Positions 26,883 to 36,947 of a stretch of DNA of 41,820 nt are shown here, in pieces. Under the pieces are notes generated by a model, which saw nothing but the letters and a program-made list of their open reading frames with translations, made no database searches and was not told the DNA's origin. The translations under genes and the position numbers were made by a program. The first letter of the stretch is position 1, and each line of letters starts with the position of its first letter. Source of the DNA: Streptomyces sp. (GTDB lineage Bacteria > Actinomycetota > Actinomycetes > Streptomycetales > Streptomycetaceae); the NCBI RefSeq assembly GCF_050698815.1, contig NZ_JBOHCV010000385.1, forward strand, positions 1-41,820. Reading direction: 5' to 3'.

Positions 26883-28496
26883 GTGTCAGAGATCCGAACC
26901 GAGGTGCTCGTTGTCGGTGGCGGGCTCGGCGGGGTCGCCGCTGCCCACGCCGCCTGCCGTGCGGGCCGCAAGGTCGTCCTCACCGAGTCCACCGACTGGC
27001 TGGGCGGTCAGCTCACGAGCCAGGCGGTGCCGCCGGACGAGCACCCCTGGATCGAACAGTTCGGCTGCACAGCGTCCTACCGGCAACTGCGTGACGACAT
27101 CCGGGACTACTACCGCACGCACTACCCCCTCAACTCCGCCGCTCGGGCGGACCGCCGGCTCAACCCGGGCGCCGGACGGGTGAGCAAGCTGTGCCACGAA
27201 CCGCGGGTCGCCCTGGCCGTCATCGAGGCGATGCTCGCCCCGCACCGTGCCTCGGGCCGGCTGACCTTCCTGCTCGAGCACTCCCCGATCGAAGCCCACA
27301 CTGACGGCGATAGCGTCCGCGCGGTCACGCTGCGAGACGACGAGACCGGTCAGACGGTCACCGTCTCGGCCGACTACGTCCTGGACGCGACCGAGTGCGG
27401 CGACCTCCTGACGTTGGCCGGTGCGGAGTACGTAACCGGTGCGGAGAGCCGAGACCGGCACGGCGAGCCCAGCGCCCCCGAGGTCGCGGACCCGGCCAAC
27501 ATGCAGGGCATCACGTTCTGCTTCGCGATCGAGCACCGCGCGGTCGAGAACCACGTGATCGACCGACCACGCGACTACGACTTCTGGCGCAGCTATCAGC
27601 CGGACTTCTGGCCGGGCCCGCTGCTGGGATTGAAGGCCCCCGACCCGCGCACGCTCGAGGTGGAGGAGCGGATCTTCAACCCGGAGCCCGGCGACGACCC
27701 GACCGCCGTCTTCGCCGACCAGAGCAAGGACCAGGGTGACAAGGACCTGTGGCGTTTCCGCCGGATCATCGCCCGCGGCAACCACCTGCCCGGCGCATTC
27801 GGTTCGGACGTCACTCTGGTCAACTGGCCGATGAACGACTATTGGTTGGGCAACATCCTCGAGGTCGACCCGGAGACCGCGGCCCGCAACATCGATCAGG
27901 CCAAACAGCTGTCGCTGAGCCTGCTGTACTGGCTGCAGACCGAGGCGCCGCGGCCCGACGGCGGCACCGGGTTCCCGGGCCTGCGCCTGCGCCCCGACAT
28001 CGCCGGCACGCGCGACGGCCTGGCCAAGGCGCCGTACGTGCGCGAGTCCCGCCGCATCGAGGCGGTCACCACGGTGACCGAGAACGACGTGTCGCTGGCC
28101 GTCCGCGGCGAGCGCGGCGCCACCCGCTACCCCGACTCGGTCGGCATCGGCAGCTACCGGATCGACCTGCACCCCTCCACGGGCGGAGACAACTACATCG
28201 ACGTGGGCAGCCTGCCGTTCCAGATCCCGCTCGGCGCGCTGCTCCCGGTGCGGGTGGGCAACCTGCTGCCCGCCGCCAAGAACATCGGCACCACACACAT
28301 CACCAACGGCTGCTACCGGCTGCACCCCGTGGAGTGGAACATCGGCGAGGCCGCTGGCGCGCTGGCTGCGCACTGTCTGGAGCGTGGCCTCCAGCCGCAC
28401 CAGATACAGGCGGATCCGAAGCTGCTGGCGGCCTTTCAGGCCGTTCTGGTCCAGCAGGGTTTCGAGCTCGCCTGGCCCGATGTGAGGGGGTACTGA
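26883..28496 (+). CDS. FAD-dependent oxidoreductase 'A' (FAD_oxidored/PF12831-like), intact
   Basis: VLVVGGGLGG, WLGGQLTSQ, LDATECGDL, PYVRESRRI, YRIDLHP, and YRLHPVEWNIGEAAG. RBS GAAAGGAA. Confidence 0.88.
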   Translation: MSEIRTEVLVVGGGLGGVAAAHAACRAGRKVVLTESTDWLGGQLTSQAVPPDEHPWIEQFGCTASYRQLRDDIRDYYRTHYPLNSAARADRRLNPGAGRVSKLCHEPRVALAVIEAMLAPHRASGRLTFLLEHSPIEAHTDGDSVRAVTLRDDETGQTVTVSADYVLDATECGDLLTLAGAEYVTGAESRDRHGEPSAPEVADPANMQGITFCFAIEHRAVENHVIDRPRDYDFWRSYQPDFWPGPLLGLKAPDPRTLEVEERIFNPEPGDDPTAVFADQSKDQGDKDLWRFRRIIARGNHLPGAFGSDVTLVNWPMNDYWLGNILEVDPETAARNIDQAKQLSLSLLYWLQTEAPRPDGGTGFPGLRLRPDIAGTRDGLAKAPYVRESRRIEAVTTVTENDVSLAVRGERGATRYPDSVGIGSYRIDLHPSTGGDNYIDVGSLPFQIPLGALLPVRVGNLLPAAKNIGTTHITNGCYRLHPVEWNIGEAAGALAAHCLERGLQPHQIQADPKLLAAFQAVLVQQGFELAWPDVRGY

Positions 28497-28526
28497 GCCA
28501 CCACCGCAGCAAGCGGCGAGTCCAGC

Positions 28527-28925
28527 GTGGGCTACGCCCGCCGTATCCCGGTGGCCGAGCTCGTGGACGTTGCTGGTCGTAGCCGACGGACCCGCGCGCA
28601 TCGCGGCCGCGATCTGCGCCGCCAGGACCGGTGCGCGCACCATTCTGGTGGAGCGATCACGGCTACCTCGGTGGCAACCTGACCGCCGGCCTGGTAGGCG
28701 TGCATGACCTCTTACTCCCTGGACGGCTCCGAGCAGCTCATCCGGGGCGTCTTCGACGAGCTGGTCCGGCGGATGGCCGCCGACGGGCACGCCCGCCACC
28801 CCCGCAGATCCCGGCATCCAGCCCGTACTGCGGGTTCACGATCGGCCACGACAAGGTCACGCCGATTGAGCCGAGGCGTCCTCGAGGCCGGGGTGGCGCT
28901 GCACTACCGCACCCTCGTCGCGGAC
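28527..28925 (+). pseudogene. Frameshifted, truncated relic of FAD-dependent oxidoreductase 'B'
   Basis: Fragments GYLGGNLTAGLVG, MTSYSLDGSEQLIRGVFDELV, GHDKVTPIEP and LEAGVALHYRTLVAD match the N-terminus of 36948-38327 in shifting frames. Confidence 0.88.
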
Positions 28926-29254
28926 TTCGGCAAGCGCAACGGTGGCGCGCTGGCCGACACCGAGCCGTTGCGATCGGCTCCGGCGCCGTTCCCGGCGATG
29001 CCAGACATCGAACGCGCCGTCAAAGACCAGCCATGGGTTGCCTTCCGCGCCAACCTGTCCTCGGTGCCGCCCGTGGATGGCCGACCGTGCTGGCCTGGCT
29101 GCTCATCGTCGAGAAGGCTCCGCCTCCAGCGAGTTCGATGCCGCGCTGCCGATGCGCGGATCATGCTGCTACGCCCGCCGTTCGAGCGCAAGAAGCCCCC
29201 GTAAGAGAGCTGGAAGCAGTCCCACATGCGTAACTTCCTTTCGCGCACCAGGTA

Positions 29255-29315
29255 TTGACATCCGCCGGCGCCCTCTGCACTCTTACTCGAAATCACCGAA
29301 GCTAATACGCATTAG
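29255..29315 (+). promoter_or_regulatory. Promoter (TTGACA-N17-CACTCT) plus LacI-type operator CTAATACGCATTAG
   Basis: TTGACA at 29255-29260 and the operator at 29302-29315; same layout as the 24899 promoter. Confidence 0.72.
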
Positions 29316-29345
29316 TAAGCGCATCTGATTCAGGGAGGCGAGGAC

Positions 29346-30272
29346 ATGGCTGGGTATGTCGCGCGTCGGCTCATGCAGTCGATCTTCGTCGTGTGGGGTG
29401 CGGTGACAGTCACCTTCCTGGTGGTGCGTCTGGTACCCGGAGACCCGGCAGCCCTTCTTCTCGGTCCGTTCTCCACCGATACCGAGCGGGCGGCGTTGCG
29501 AGCACAGCTCGGTCTCGACCGGCCGTTTCTGCTCCAGTACGCGAGCTACCTCATCGATGTGTTGAAGCTCGACTTCGGCCGGTCCTTCCGCCTCGACGCA
29601 GAGGCAATGCCTCACGTCCTGGCGACCTTCCCAGCGACATGCACCCTTGCTGTGGGAGCGATGTTCGTGACCCTGCTGCTCAGTTTCCCGATGGGAATCG
29701 TGGCGGCGCGACGCCCCCATGGACTCGTGGATCAGATGATCTCGACGGCTTCTCTGGTGGGTCAGTCCCTTCCCCAATTCTGGGTTGGGATCATGCTTAT
29801 TCTGATCTTCGCTGCTGGTCTGGGCCTTTTCCCGAGCTCAGGAGCCGGCTCACTGCACAGTCTCGTGCTGCCTGCGTTCGCGCTTGCCCTGCCGTACGTG
29901 GGTTGGCTCGCACGGCTAGTCCGAGCCGGACTGCTGGAAGAACTCAGTGCCGATTACGTCAGGACGGCGCGTGCCAAGGGGCTCAGCGAACGGGTCGTCT
30001 TCTCCTCTCATGCATTGCGCAACGCGCTTGTCCCGGTCGTCACCGCCGCGGCACTCGTCCTGGGAACGTTCCTTGGCGGCGCCGTGATCGTCGAGGTGGT
30101 CTTCGCCTGGCCGGGCGTGGGCAAGCTCCTCATCGATTCCATCTCCTTCCGCGACTACGCGGTCGTGCAGGCGGCTGTCGTTCTCATCGCGGTGGTCTAC
30201 GCGGGCCTCAACCTCATCGTCGACCTTCTCTACGGCTCTCTCGATCCGCGCATACGCCTGGCAGGTGACTAG
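29346..30272 (+). CDS. Opp/Dpp-type ABC transporter permease (OppB-like)
   Basis: LVPGDPA, LGLDRP, DYVRTARAKGLSE, and VEVVFAWPGVG. RBS GGGAGG..GAGG. Confidence 0.93.
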   Translation: MAGYVARRLMQSIFVVWGAVTVTFLVVRLVPGDPAALLLGPFSTDTERAALRAQLGLDRPFLLQYASYLIDVLKLDFGRSFRLDAEAMPHVLATFPATCTLAVGAMFVTLLLSFPMGIVAARRPHGLVDQMISTASLVGQSLPQFWVGIMLILIFAAGLGLFPSSGAGSLHSLVLPAFALALPYVGWLARLVRAGLLEELSADYVRTARAKGLSERVVFSSHALRNALVPVVTAAALVLGTFLGGAVIVEVVFAWPGVGKLLIDSISFRDYAVVQAAVVLIAVVYAGLNLIVDLLYGSLDPRIRLAGD

Positions 30273-30274
30273 CG

Positions 30275-31168
30275 ATGACTTTCCTTGCGACATCCACGCC
30301 GTCGGCTAGCACGACGGAAGCAGTACGTCCACGACGCCGTCGAAGGCACGGAATCTTCCTTCTCCTGGCATCCGGCTTCACGTCGTTGTACGTGCTGGTC
30401 GCCGTGTTCGGGCCGATGCTCGTCCCGTACAACCACGTCAAGGCTGGCATCGTCGACCGGCTCAGGCCGCCGGGAGCGATATTGAGCACCGGCCACATGG
30501 CGTTGCTGGGCACCGACCAGGTGGGGCGTGACATCTTTGCGCAGGTCGTTCAAGGTGCGCGCGTGTCGCTGCTGGTTGCCGTCGGAACCATCGTCATCGG
30601 TGGCGGTATCGGGCTCATCCTCGGCATGGTCGCCGGCTACTTCGGCGGCCTTCTCGACACGGCAATCATGCGTTTCGCCGATGTGCAACTCTCGTTCCCC
30701 GGCATCCTGCTCGCGATTCTTCTCGCATCCGTCCTGGGACCGAGTCTGCTCAACGTGATCATCGTGCTCGCGGTGTTGCGCTGGGTAATCTTCGCGCGCC
30801 TGGTCCGCGGATCGACGCTCGCGACGCGTGGCCGGGAATTCGTCGACTCCGCTCGCGTCCTCGGGTTGGGTACGCCACGGATCCTGCGCAAGTACATCTT
30901 TCCTTCAGTGCTCACGCCATTCCTGGTAACGGCAACCGTGCAGGTCGGGCTCATGATCGTCGCCGAAGCGTCACTCAGCTTCCTCGGTCTGGGGGTTCCG
31001 CCGTCGACACCCTCGTGGGGAACCACGATCGCCAACGGCCGACAGTACCTGGCGTCTGCCTGGTGGATTGCCACCATCCCGGGGATCGTCCTCGCCCTCG
31101 TCGTGCTCAGCCTGGGCGTCCTCGGCGATCATCTGCGTGACCGTCTCGACCCGAAGCTCAACGGCTAA
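30275..31168 (+). CDS. Opp/Dpp-type ABC transporter permease (OppC-like)
   Basis: LGTDQVGRD, GARVSL, EASLSFLGLG..PSWG, and GDHLRDRLDPK. Confidence 0.93.
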   Translation: MTFLATSTPSASTTEAVRPRRRRRHGIFLLLASGFTSLYVLVAVFGPMLVPYNHVKAGIVDRLRPPGAILSTGHMALLGTDQVGRDIFAQVVQGARVSLLVAVGTIVIGGGIGLILGMVAGYFGGLLDTAIMRFADVQLSFPGILLAILLASVLGPSLLNVIIVLAVLRWVIFARLVRGSTLATRGREFVDSARVLGLGTPRILRKYIFPSVLTPFLVTATVQVGLMIVAEASLSFLGLGVPPSTPSWGTTIANGRQYLASAWWIATIPGIVLALVVLSLGVLGDHLRDRLDPKLNG

Positions 31169-31202
31169 CGCAGCGCCCGGATCCAACCGGAAGGAGACCG
31201 AC

Positions 31203-32774
31203 ATGAAAGATGCCCGTAACACCCCCAGCCACCACCTCGCAGACCGATTGGGGCGCCGCGATTTCCTTCGGCTCGGCGGCTACGGAATCACCGGTGCCAT
31301 GCTCGCCGGAACCTCAGGCTGCGGAGTCCTGAGCGGCGGCGAATCCAGTGGCGGCGGAGGCAAGGCCGGATCGCTCACCGCCGCCTACGGCCGTTCGTTG
31401 GACAACCTCGACCCCCATGGAGCGTTCGCTGCTGCGGAGCCAACCCGGCTCGCCAGTGAGCAGATCTTTGACTCCCTGCTCGGCCGAGTCGACGGAAAGA
31501 TCGTCCCGAGGCTCGCGGCAAAATGGGACAATCCCCACCCGAAGACCTGGGTGTTCACGCTCAGGGACGACGTCACCTTCCATGACGGCAGTCCGTTGAC
31601 GGCCCGGGACGTAGCAGCTTCGATCGAGCGTCAAGCGAAGACTGACTCGCCACTCGCCGACTTGTGGGAGCTGCTCGACCGGGCGCAAGCGGAGGACGAC
31701 CGGACCGTAGTCGTGCAGAGCAAGGAGCCCCTGGGCACGGTCCTGGCCAATATGACGCTCATGCGCGTGCTGCCAGCAGACAAGATGGACAAGCCTGACT
31801 TCTTCCAGAAGCCCATCGGCAGCGGGCCGTACAAGGTGACCCAGTTCGCACCGGGTAGTCAGCTCTCGCTCGAAGCCAACACCCACTACTGGGACGGAAA
31901 ACCCGACACCCCCCGCGTGGTGCTTCGGATCGTCACCGAGGAAGCCAGCCGGATCACCGGGCTGGAAACCGGCGAGACCCAGCTCACCTGGCCCATCCCC
32001 GGAGATCAGCTCAAGCGACTCGAGGACAGCGAGGACGTCACCATCCTCGACACAGCCAGCTACCAGTACTGGTTCAACTGGTTCAACTGCAGCCGCAAGC
32101 CGTTCACCGATCCCGACGTGCGGCGCGCACTGTGGCATGCGATCGATGCCAAGGCACTCGCGAAGAACATCTTCCCTGGGTCAGCACAGGTCGCCCGAGC
32201 GCCCATCTCATCGTCGGTCTTCGGGTACGCCGCCCAGGAGCCCTACGCCTACGACCCCAAGAAGGCCAAATCGCTGCTTGCGAAGGCGGGATTCCCCAAC
32301 GGCTTCTCGACCTCGGTGATGTGGAACCAGAGCCAGGCACCGCAAATCCGCCAGGTCGCCGAAACCATGATCTCGTACTGGCGAGAGATCGGCGTGAAAG
32401 TCCAGCCGCAGGAATTGGAGGAAGCCCAGTGGACGGAACGCCTACTCGCACTCGACTGGGATATGGATCTGCAGACCAACGTCACCGCGACCGGTGACGC
32501 GGACTACTCGCTGGGCCGGTTGTACCTGTCGTCTGCCAATCGCCTCGGTTACAAGAACCCGAAACTCGACAAGGTCCTCAACGCTGCCCGGCAGTCGCAG
32601 GACCAGAACAAGCGGAAGCAGCTCTACTCCGAGGCCTGCCGCATCATCTGGCAGGAAGCGCCTGGCATCTTCCCGATCGAGATGCGGCTCAACTTTGCCA
32701 CTCGCAAGAACGTCCGGGGTTTCGAGGCCACACCTGACGAGTCACCAAGCCTGCGACAGGTACGGCTCACCTGA
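31203..32774 (+). CDS. Family-5 ABC substrate-binding lipoprotein with a Tat signal
   Basis: GRRDFLR twin-arginine motif, lipobox TSGC, LRDDVTFHDGSPLTA, and PIGSGPY. RBS AAGGAG. Confidence 0.92.
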   Translation: MKDARNTPSHHLADRLGRRDFLRLGGYGITGAMLAGTSGCGVLSGGESSGGGGKAGSLTAAYGRSLDNLDPHGAFAAAEPTRLASEQIFDSLLGRVDGKIVPRLAAKWDNPHPKTWVFTLRDDVTFHDGSPLTARDVAASIERQAKTDSPLADLWELLDRAQAEDDRTVVVQSKEPLGTVLANMTLMRVLPADKMDKPDFFQKPIGSGPYKVTQFAPGSQLSLEANTHYWDGKPDTPRVVLRIVTEEASRITGLETGETQLTWPIPGDQLKRLEDSEDVTILDTASYQYWFNWFNCSRKPFTDPDVRRALWHAIDAKALAKNIFPGSAQVARAPISSSVFGYAAQEPYAYDPKKAKSLLAKAGFPNGFSTSVMWNQSQAPQIRQVAETMISYWREIGVKVQPQELEEAQWTERLLALDWDMDLQTNVTATGDADYSLGRLYLSSANRLGYKNPKLDKVLNAARQSQDQNKRKQLYSEACRIIWQEAPGIFPIEMRLNFATRKNVRGFEATPDESPSLRQVRLT

Positions 32775-32812
32775 CGCCGGCCTGGCAGCGATCACGAGAA
32801 GGAAAGACGCCG

Positions 32813-33853
32813 ATGATGCCTAGGGCGACTCACGACCGGAACGACACGAGAACGCACAGCGCGCCACTCCTGGAGGTCAGCGATCTCGTCGTGGAGTTCG
32901 AGACCCGTCGGGGCACGGTGCGTGCGGTCGACGAGGTGTCCTGGAGCCTGCACGAGGGGGAGACGCTCGCGATTCTTGGTGAGTCGGGCAGCGGCAAGAG
33001 CCAGACCTGTCTGGCAGTCCTCGGCCTGCTGCCCAAGCCAACCGGACGGATTGCCTCTGGCGAGGTGCGGTTCAGGGGAGACGACCTGGCTCAGCTCCCT
33101 GACAGGGAGTTGCGCAAGGTCCGGGGTGAAGCAATCTCGATGATCTTCCAAGATCCTTTGAGCGCCCTCAATCCAGTGCTCACCGTCGGATACCAGATCG
33201 GGGAGGCCTTGCGGCGGCGTCGCGGTCTGCGCCGCGCCGCCTCGCGCGCCAAGGCGGTGGAACTCATGCAACTGGTGCGCATCCCCGATGCAGAACAACG
33301 AGTGGACCAGTATCCGCACCAATTCTCCGGCGGCATGCGGCAGCGAGTCGTCATCGCCATGGCACTAGCCCTGGACCCGGATCTGATCATCGCCGACGAG
33401 CCGACTACAGCGCTCGATGTCACCGTCCAGAAGCAGATCCTGAGGCTGTTGCAGCAGCTTCAGCAGCATCGGCGCATGAGCCTTGTCCTGATCTCACACG
33501 ATCTCGCCGCCGTCGCTGATACCGCCGAGCGCGTGCTCGTCATGTACGCAGGGCGGGTCGTCGAGACGGGCGCGCTGCGCCCCGTGTATGAGGCACCCGC
33601 ACACCCGTACACGCTGGGGCTCATGAAGTCGGTCCCCTCCCTGGACGGAGCGGAGGAGGACCTCGTCCCGATCGAGGGGGCACCGCCCGACCCACAAGCC
33701 CTGCCTACCGGATGTGCTTTTCATCCACGGTGTCCGTACGCGCGCGAGCGGTGCCATGGTGAACGTCCGGTGCTGCGTGAGATCGCCCCCGGGCGCGCAA
33801 GCGCGTGCCACTTCGCCGAGGAGGTGATCACCCGTGGTTGCAGTGCAGGCTGA
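32813..33853 (+). CDS. Opp/Dpp ABC transporter ATP-binding protein (OppD-like)
   Basis: GESGSGKS, YPHQFSGGMRQR, ADEPTTALD, HPYT, and GCAFHPRC. Confidence 0.93.
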   Translation: MMPRATHDRNDTRTHSAPLLEVSDLVVEFETRRGTVRAVDEVSWSLHEGETLAILGESGSGKSQTCLAVLGLLPKPTGRIASGEVRFRGDDLAQLPDRELRKVRGEAISMIFQDPLSALNPVLTVGYQIGEALRRRRGLRRAASRAKAVELMQLVRIPDAEQRVDQYPHQFSGGMRQRVVIAMALALDPDLIIADEPTTALDVTVQKQILRLLQQLQQHRRMSLVLISHDLAAVADTAERVLVMYAGRVVETGALRPVYEAPAHPYTLGLMKSVPSLDGAEEDLVPIEGAPPDPQALPTGCAFHPRCPYARERCHGERPVLREIAPGRASACHFAEEVITRGCSAG

Positions 33854-34877
33854 ACCTCTTCTGGAGGTCATCGACCTCACCACCACGTTCCCGATCAAGG
33901 GGGGGATACTGCGTCGGCCAGTCGGCCATGTGCAGGCGGTTTCGGGTGTGAACTTCGAAATTCGGCCTGGTGAGACTCTCGGCCTCGTAGGCGAGTCGGG
34001 CTGCGGCAAGTCCACCGTTGCCCGGACACTGGTCGGTCTCACCCGGCCGGCCAGTGGCCAAGTGCGGTTCCGCGGCCAAGATCTCATCGGGCTCACGAGC
34101 CTCCAGCTAAGAGCCCTGCGCCGTGACATCCAGCTGGTGTTCCAGGACCCGTTCGCCTCGTTGAATCCGCACATGACCGTGCGAGAGCTCGTCGCCGAAG
34201 GATGGGAGGTCTACCCCGACATCGTTCCGCGCGGACAACGGAAGCAGGAACTGCACGACCTGCTCGAACGCGTCGGGCTCAACCCAGGACAAGCGGACCG
34301 TTATCCGCACCAGTTTTCCGGGGGCCAGCGGCAGCGGATCTGCATCGCTCGGGCACTCGCGCTGCGGCCAAAGCTTCTCATCTGCGACGAGGCCGTCTCT
34401 GCGCTGGACGTCTCGATCCAGGCGCAGATTCTCAACCTCCTCCAAGAGCTCCAGCGCGACCTCGGTCTGGCCTATCTGTTCATCTCTCACGACCTTGCCG
34501 TCGTCCGGCACGTCAGCCATCGCGTCGCGGTGATGTATCTGGGCAAAATCGTCGAGACCGGCCCACGGGAGCAGCTGTTCGCGCGGCCGTCGCATCCGTA
34601 CACGCAGGCGTTGCTGTCCGCCGCTCCCGTGCTCCAACCATGGGCGGCATCTGACGACCCAGCACCCCTCCTCGAGGGAGACCTGCCCTCTCCAGCAAAT
34701 CCCCCGAGCGGCTGCCGCTTTCGGACCCGTTGCTGGCAGGTACAGGAGCGGTGCGCGGTAGAGGAACCGGTACTGGTGCAGCGCGGGGAACACGCAACCG
34801 CTTGCCACTTCGCCGAGCCGAGCCCTGCGGCCGCTGTCCAACAGACCGTTGGCCGCACGAGAGTTGACCAGACATGA
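33834..34877 (+). CDS. Opp/Dpp ABC transporter ATP-binding protein (OppF-like)
   Basis: GESGCGKST, FSGGQRQR, CDEAVSALD, and PPSGCRFRTRC. Confidence 0.93.
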   Translation: MVAVQAEPLLEVIDLTTTFPIKGGILRRPVGHVQAVSGVNFEIRPGETLGLVGESGCGKSTVARTLVGLTRPASGQVRFRGQDLIGLTSLQLRALRRDIQLVFQDPFASLNPHMTVRELVAEGWEVYPDIVPRGQRKQELHDLLERVGLNPGQADRYPHQFSGGQRQRICIARALALRPKLLICDEAVSALDVSIQAQILNLLQELQRDLGLAYLFISHDLAVVRHVSHRVAVMYLGKIVETGPREQLFARPSHPYTQALLSAAPVLQPWAASDDPAPLLEGDLPSPANPPSGCRFRTRCWQVQERCAVEEPVLVQRGEHATACHFAEPSPAAAVQQTVGRTRVDQT

Positions 34878-35524
34878 TCGAGACTGCGCACGAATCATCC
34901 GCTCCTTGGTTCGTCTTCGGGCATGACCAATTCCAGGGCCACGTGGCTGTGGTCACGAGAGCGGCAAGCAGGGGGGGACATGCGTTCGCCGCGCTCGAGG
35001 CGCGGATCGCCCGGGTCGACCATGTTGCCCACTGTGCAGCCGTCATCACATCCACCCCCACCCCCACACTCGATGCCGACGCCGCGCACTGGCGCCGTGT
35101 GCTCGACAACCTCATCAGGGCGTTCCTCGTCGCGCAGGAGTCCCTTCGCCGGATGGCCGAGGTTCAGCGCGGGACCATGGCGCTCGTGGCCAGCGACGCC
35201 GGTTACCGCGACGGTGGCGGTCTGATCGCCGATGCGCCGTACGCTGCCAGCAATGCCGGAGTTCTGTCGCTCGTGAAGTCGTTGGTGCGGGAGTTCGAGG
35301 GCTCGGGAGCGCGTGTGAATGCCTTGGTCCCGGGCCCCACAGATACTCCGATGCACGAAGGAATCGCTCACCGGATGAAGGAGCGCATCGCCGCCGGCAT
35401 CCCTCTCGGATGCATGGGGCGACCGGAGGATATGGCTGCGGCGATCGTTTTCCTCTCTTCCGCCGCCGGTTCCTTCATCCATGGTGCAGCGCCCCACGTG
35501 GACGGAGGCGCGATGCTGCGATGA
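34874..35524 (+). pseudogene. Degenerate in-frame SDR paralogue of 25002-25799
   Basis: Shares DHVAHCAAVITS, ASDAG and GVLSLVKSL, but the Gly-rich motif is broken (TRAASRGG), roughly 50 aa of the Rossmann fold are deleted, and catalytic YxxxK has become YAASN. Confidence 0.8.
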
Positions 35525-36579
35525 GCGCTCGACCACAGTCACGCCGTATCAGGCAGGCGGACATCGCCCGGTTGGCCGGGGTCTCCCAGACCACGGTGTC
35601 GCTGGTCCTGGCGGGCAAGGCCGACGCTGCCGCGCTCGCCCAAGAAACGCGAAGCGCAGTCCTCAAGGCGGCTCGGCAGCTCGGCTACGTCGCCGATCCG
35701 GCGGCCCGCAGACTTGCGGCGGGTCGCAACAACCTCCTCGGGCTGCACACATTCATGCCGGCGTTCCCGGTGGACCAGCGGAACCCGTACTATCCCTTCC
35801 TCGTCGGCGTCGAGGAGGAAGCAGCAGCCCAAGGCTACGACCTTCTCCTCTTCACCAGCGCTCCCGCCACAGGCACCGGACACCGGGAAGACCCGCTGCA
35901 TCGGCTGCGGCTCGCGGACGGATGCGTGCTCATCGGACGCCACGCGCCCGTCGCGGAGGTCTCGGCGCTGCTCGACAGCGAGTTCCCGCTTGTCTACATC
36001 GGTCGCCGCGAGGAGTTTGGCGACCGGTTGCCCTATGTCGGCGCTGACTATGTCACCGCGACCGCCGAGCTCGTCCGCCACCTGCACATGCTCGGACACC
36101 GTCAGATCGTGTACGTGCGGGAGACCGACGACGCAGTTGCCTCCCTCGACCGCGAGCGCGGATTCCGAGAAGCCATCCGGGAACTGGATGCGGCTCCAGC
36201 CGGAGGCAGTGTCGTCCGCACCAACGGCTCCGACCTAACGGCCGATCTCCTGCGGGGTTGGCTTGACGGCGGCGTCACCGCAGTCATCGCCGAAAGCACC
36301 GACACCCTAGCCGCAGAACGCGCTGTGCAATCCGTCGCTGCGACGCTGGGGGCGCGCTATCCCACCGATTTCTCATTCGCCCTTGCGGGTTCACAGGTCG
36401 CCCGTGAGGTGGGCGAGCCGATCATCACCGGCTACCGCTCGCTCAAACGGGAGATGGGGCACGAGGCCGTCCGAGTACTCGCCGACCTCCTGTCCGGAGA
36501 ACACGTGTCACAGACACGGCGTCAACAGCTCCTCGCATGCACCTTCATCGAGGGAGAGACCACAGGCCCGCCTCCGTGA
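35521..36579 (+). CDS. LacI-family transcriptional regulator (copy 2)
   Basis: QADIARLAGVSQTTVSLVL, LGYVADPAARRL, and YPFLVGVEEEAAAQGYDLLLFT, the last identical to copy 1. Confidence 0.92.
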   Translation: MSARPQSRRIRQADIARLAGVSQTTVSLVLAGKADAAALAQETRSAVLKAARQLGYVADPAARRLAAGRNNLLGLHTFMPAFPVDQRNPYYPFLVGVEEEAAAQGYDLLLFTSAPATGTGHREDPLHRLRLADGCVLIGRHAPVAEVSALLDSEFPLVYIGRREEFGDRLPYVGADYVTATAELVRHLHMLGHRQIVYVRETDDAVASLDRERGFREAIRELDAAPAGGSVVRTNGSDLTADLLRGWLDGGVTAVIAESTDTLAAERAVQSVAATLGARYPTDFSFALAGSQVAREVGEPIITGYRSLKREMGHEAVRVLADLLSGEHVSQTRRQQLLACTFIEGETTGPPP

Positions 36580-36652
36580 TCCCAAGGGACATGCCGCGGG
36601 AGCCACAGTCGTCACCTATGTCTCAGCGATAAAGGCGAACGGAGTCCCCAGC

Positions 36653-36911
36653 GTGCGTGAAATCCATGCAAACCGCGTCATCGTCGGCGACATCCTCGGA
36701 GGCCCAGCTCACTTCCCAGGCACTCCCATCGGACGAGAACCCGTGGATCGAGCAGTTCAGATGCACAGCGTCCTACCGACAGCTGCGCGAGCTAAGCGAG
36801 TCGCTGAACCACATCAGACACAAGAGGCCGAGGTCCCTGCGTGATGAGTTCGCCCACCTGCTTGAACGTGCCGGGGGCCAGCAGTACTGGCTGGACGTAC
36901 GTGGCTACTGA
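36653..36911 (+). pseudogene. Collapsed relic of FAD-dependent oxidoreductase 'A'
   Basis: VREIHANRVIVGDILGG / QLTSQALPSDENPWIEQFRCTASYRQLR / WLDVRGY-stop correspond to the start, early motif and C-terminus (WPDVRGY) of 26883-28496. It spans 259 bp versus 1614 bp. Confidence 0.88.
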
Positions 36912-36947
36912 ACTACCCCAATCGAGCCTCCAACGAGGAGTGGAATC

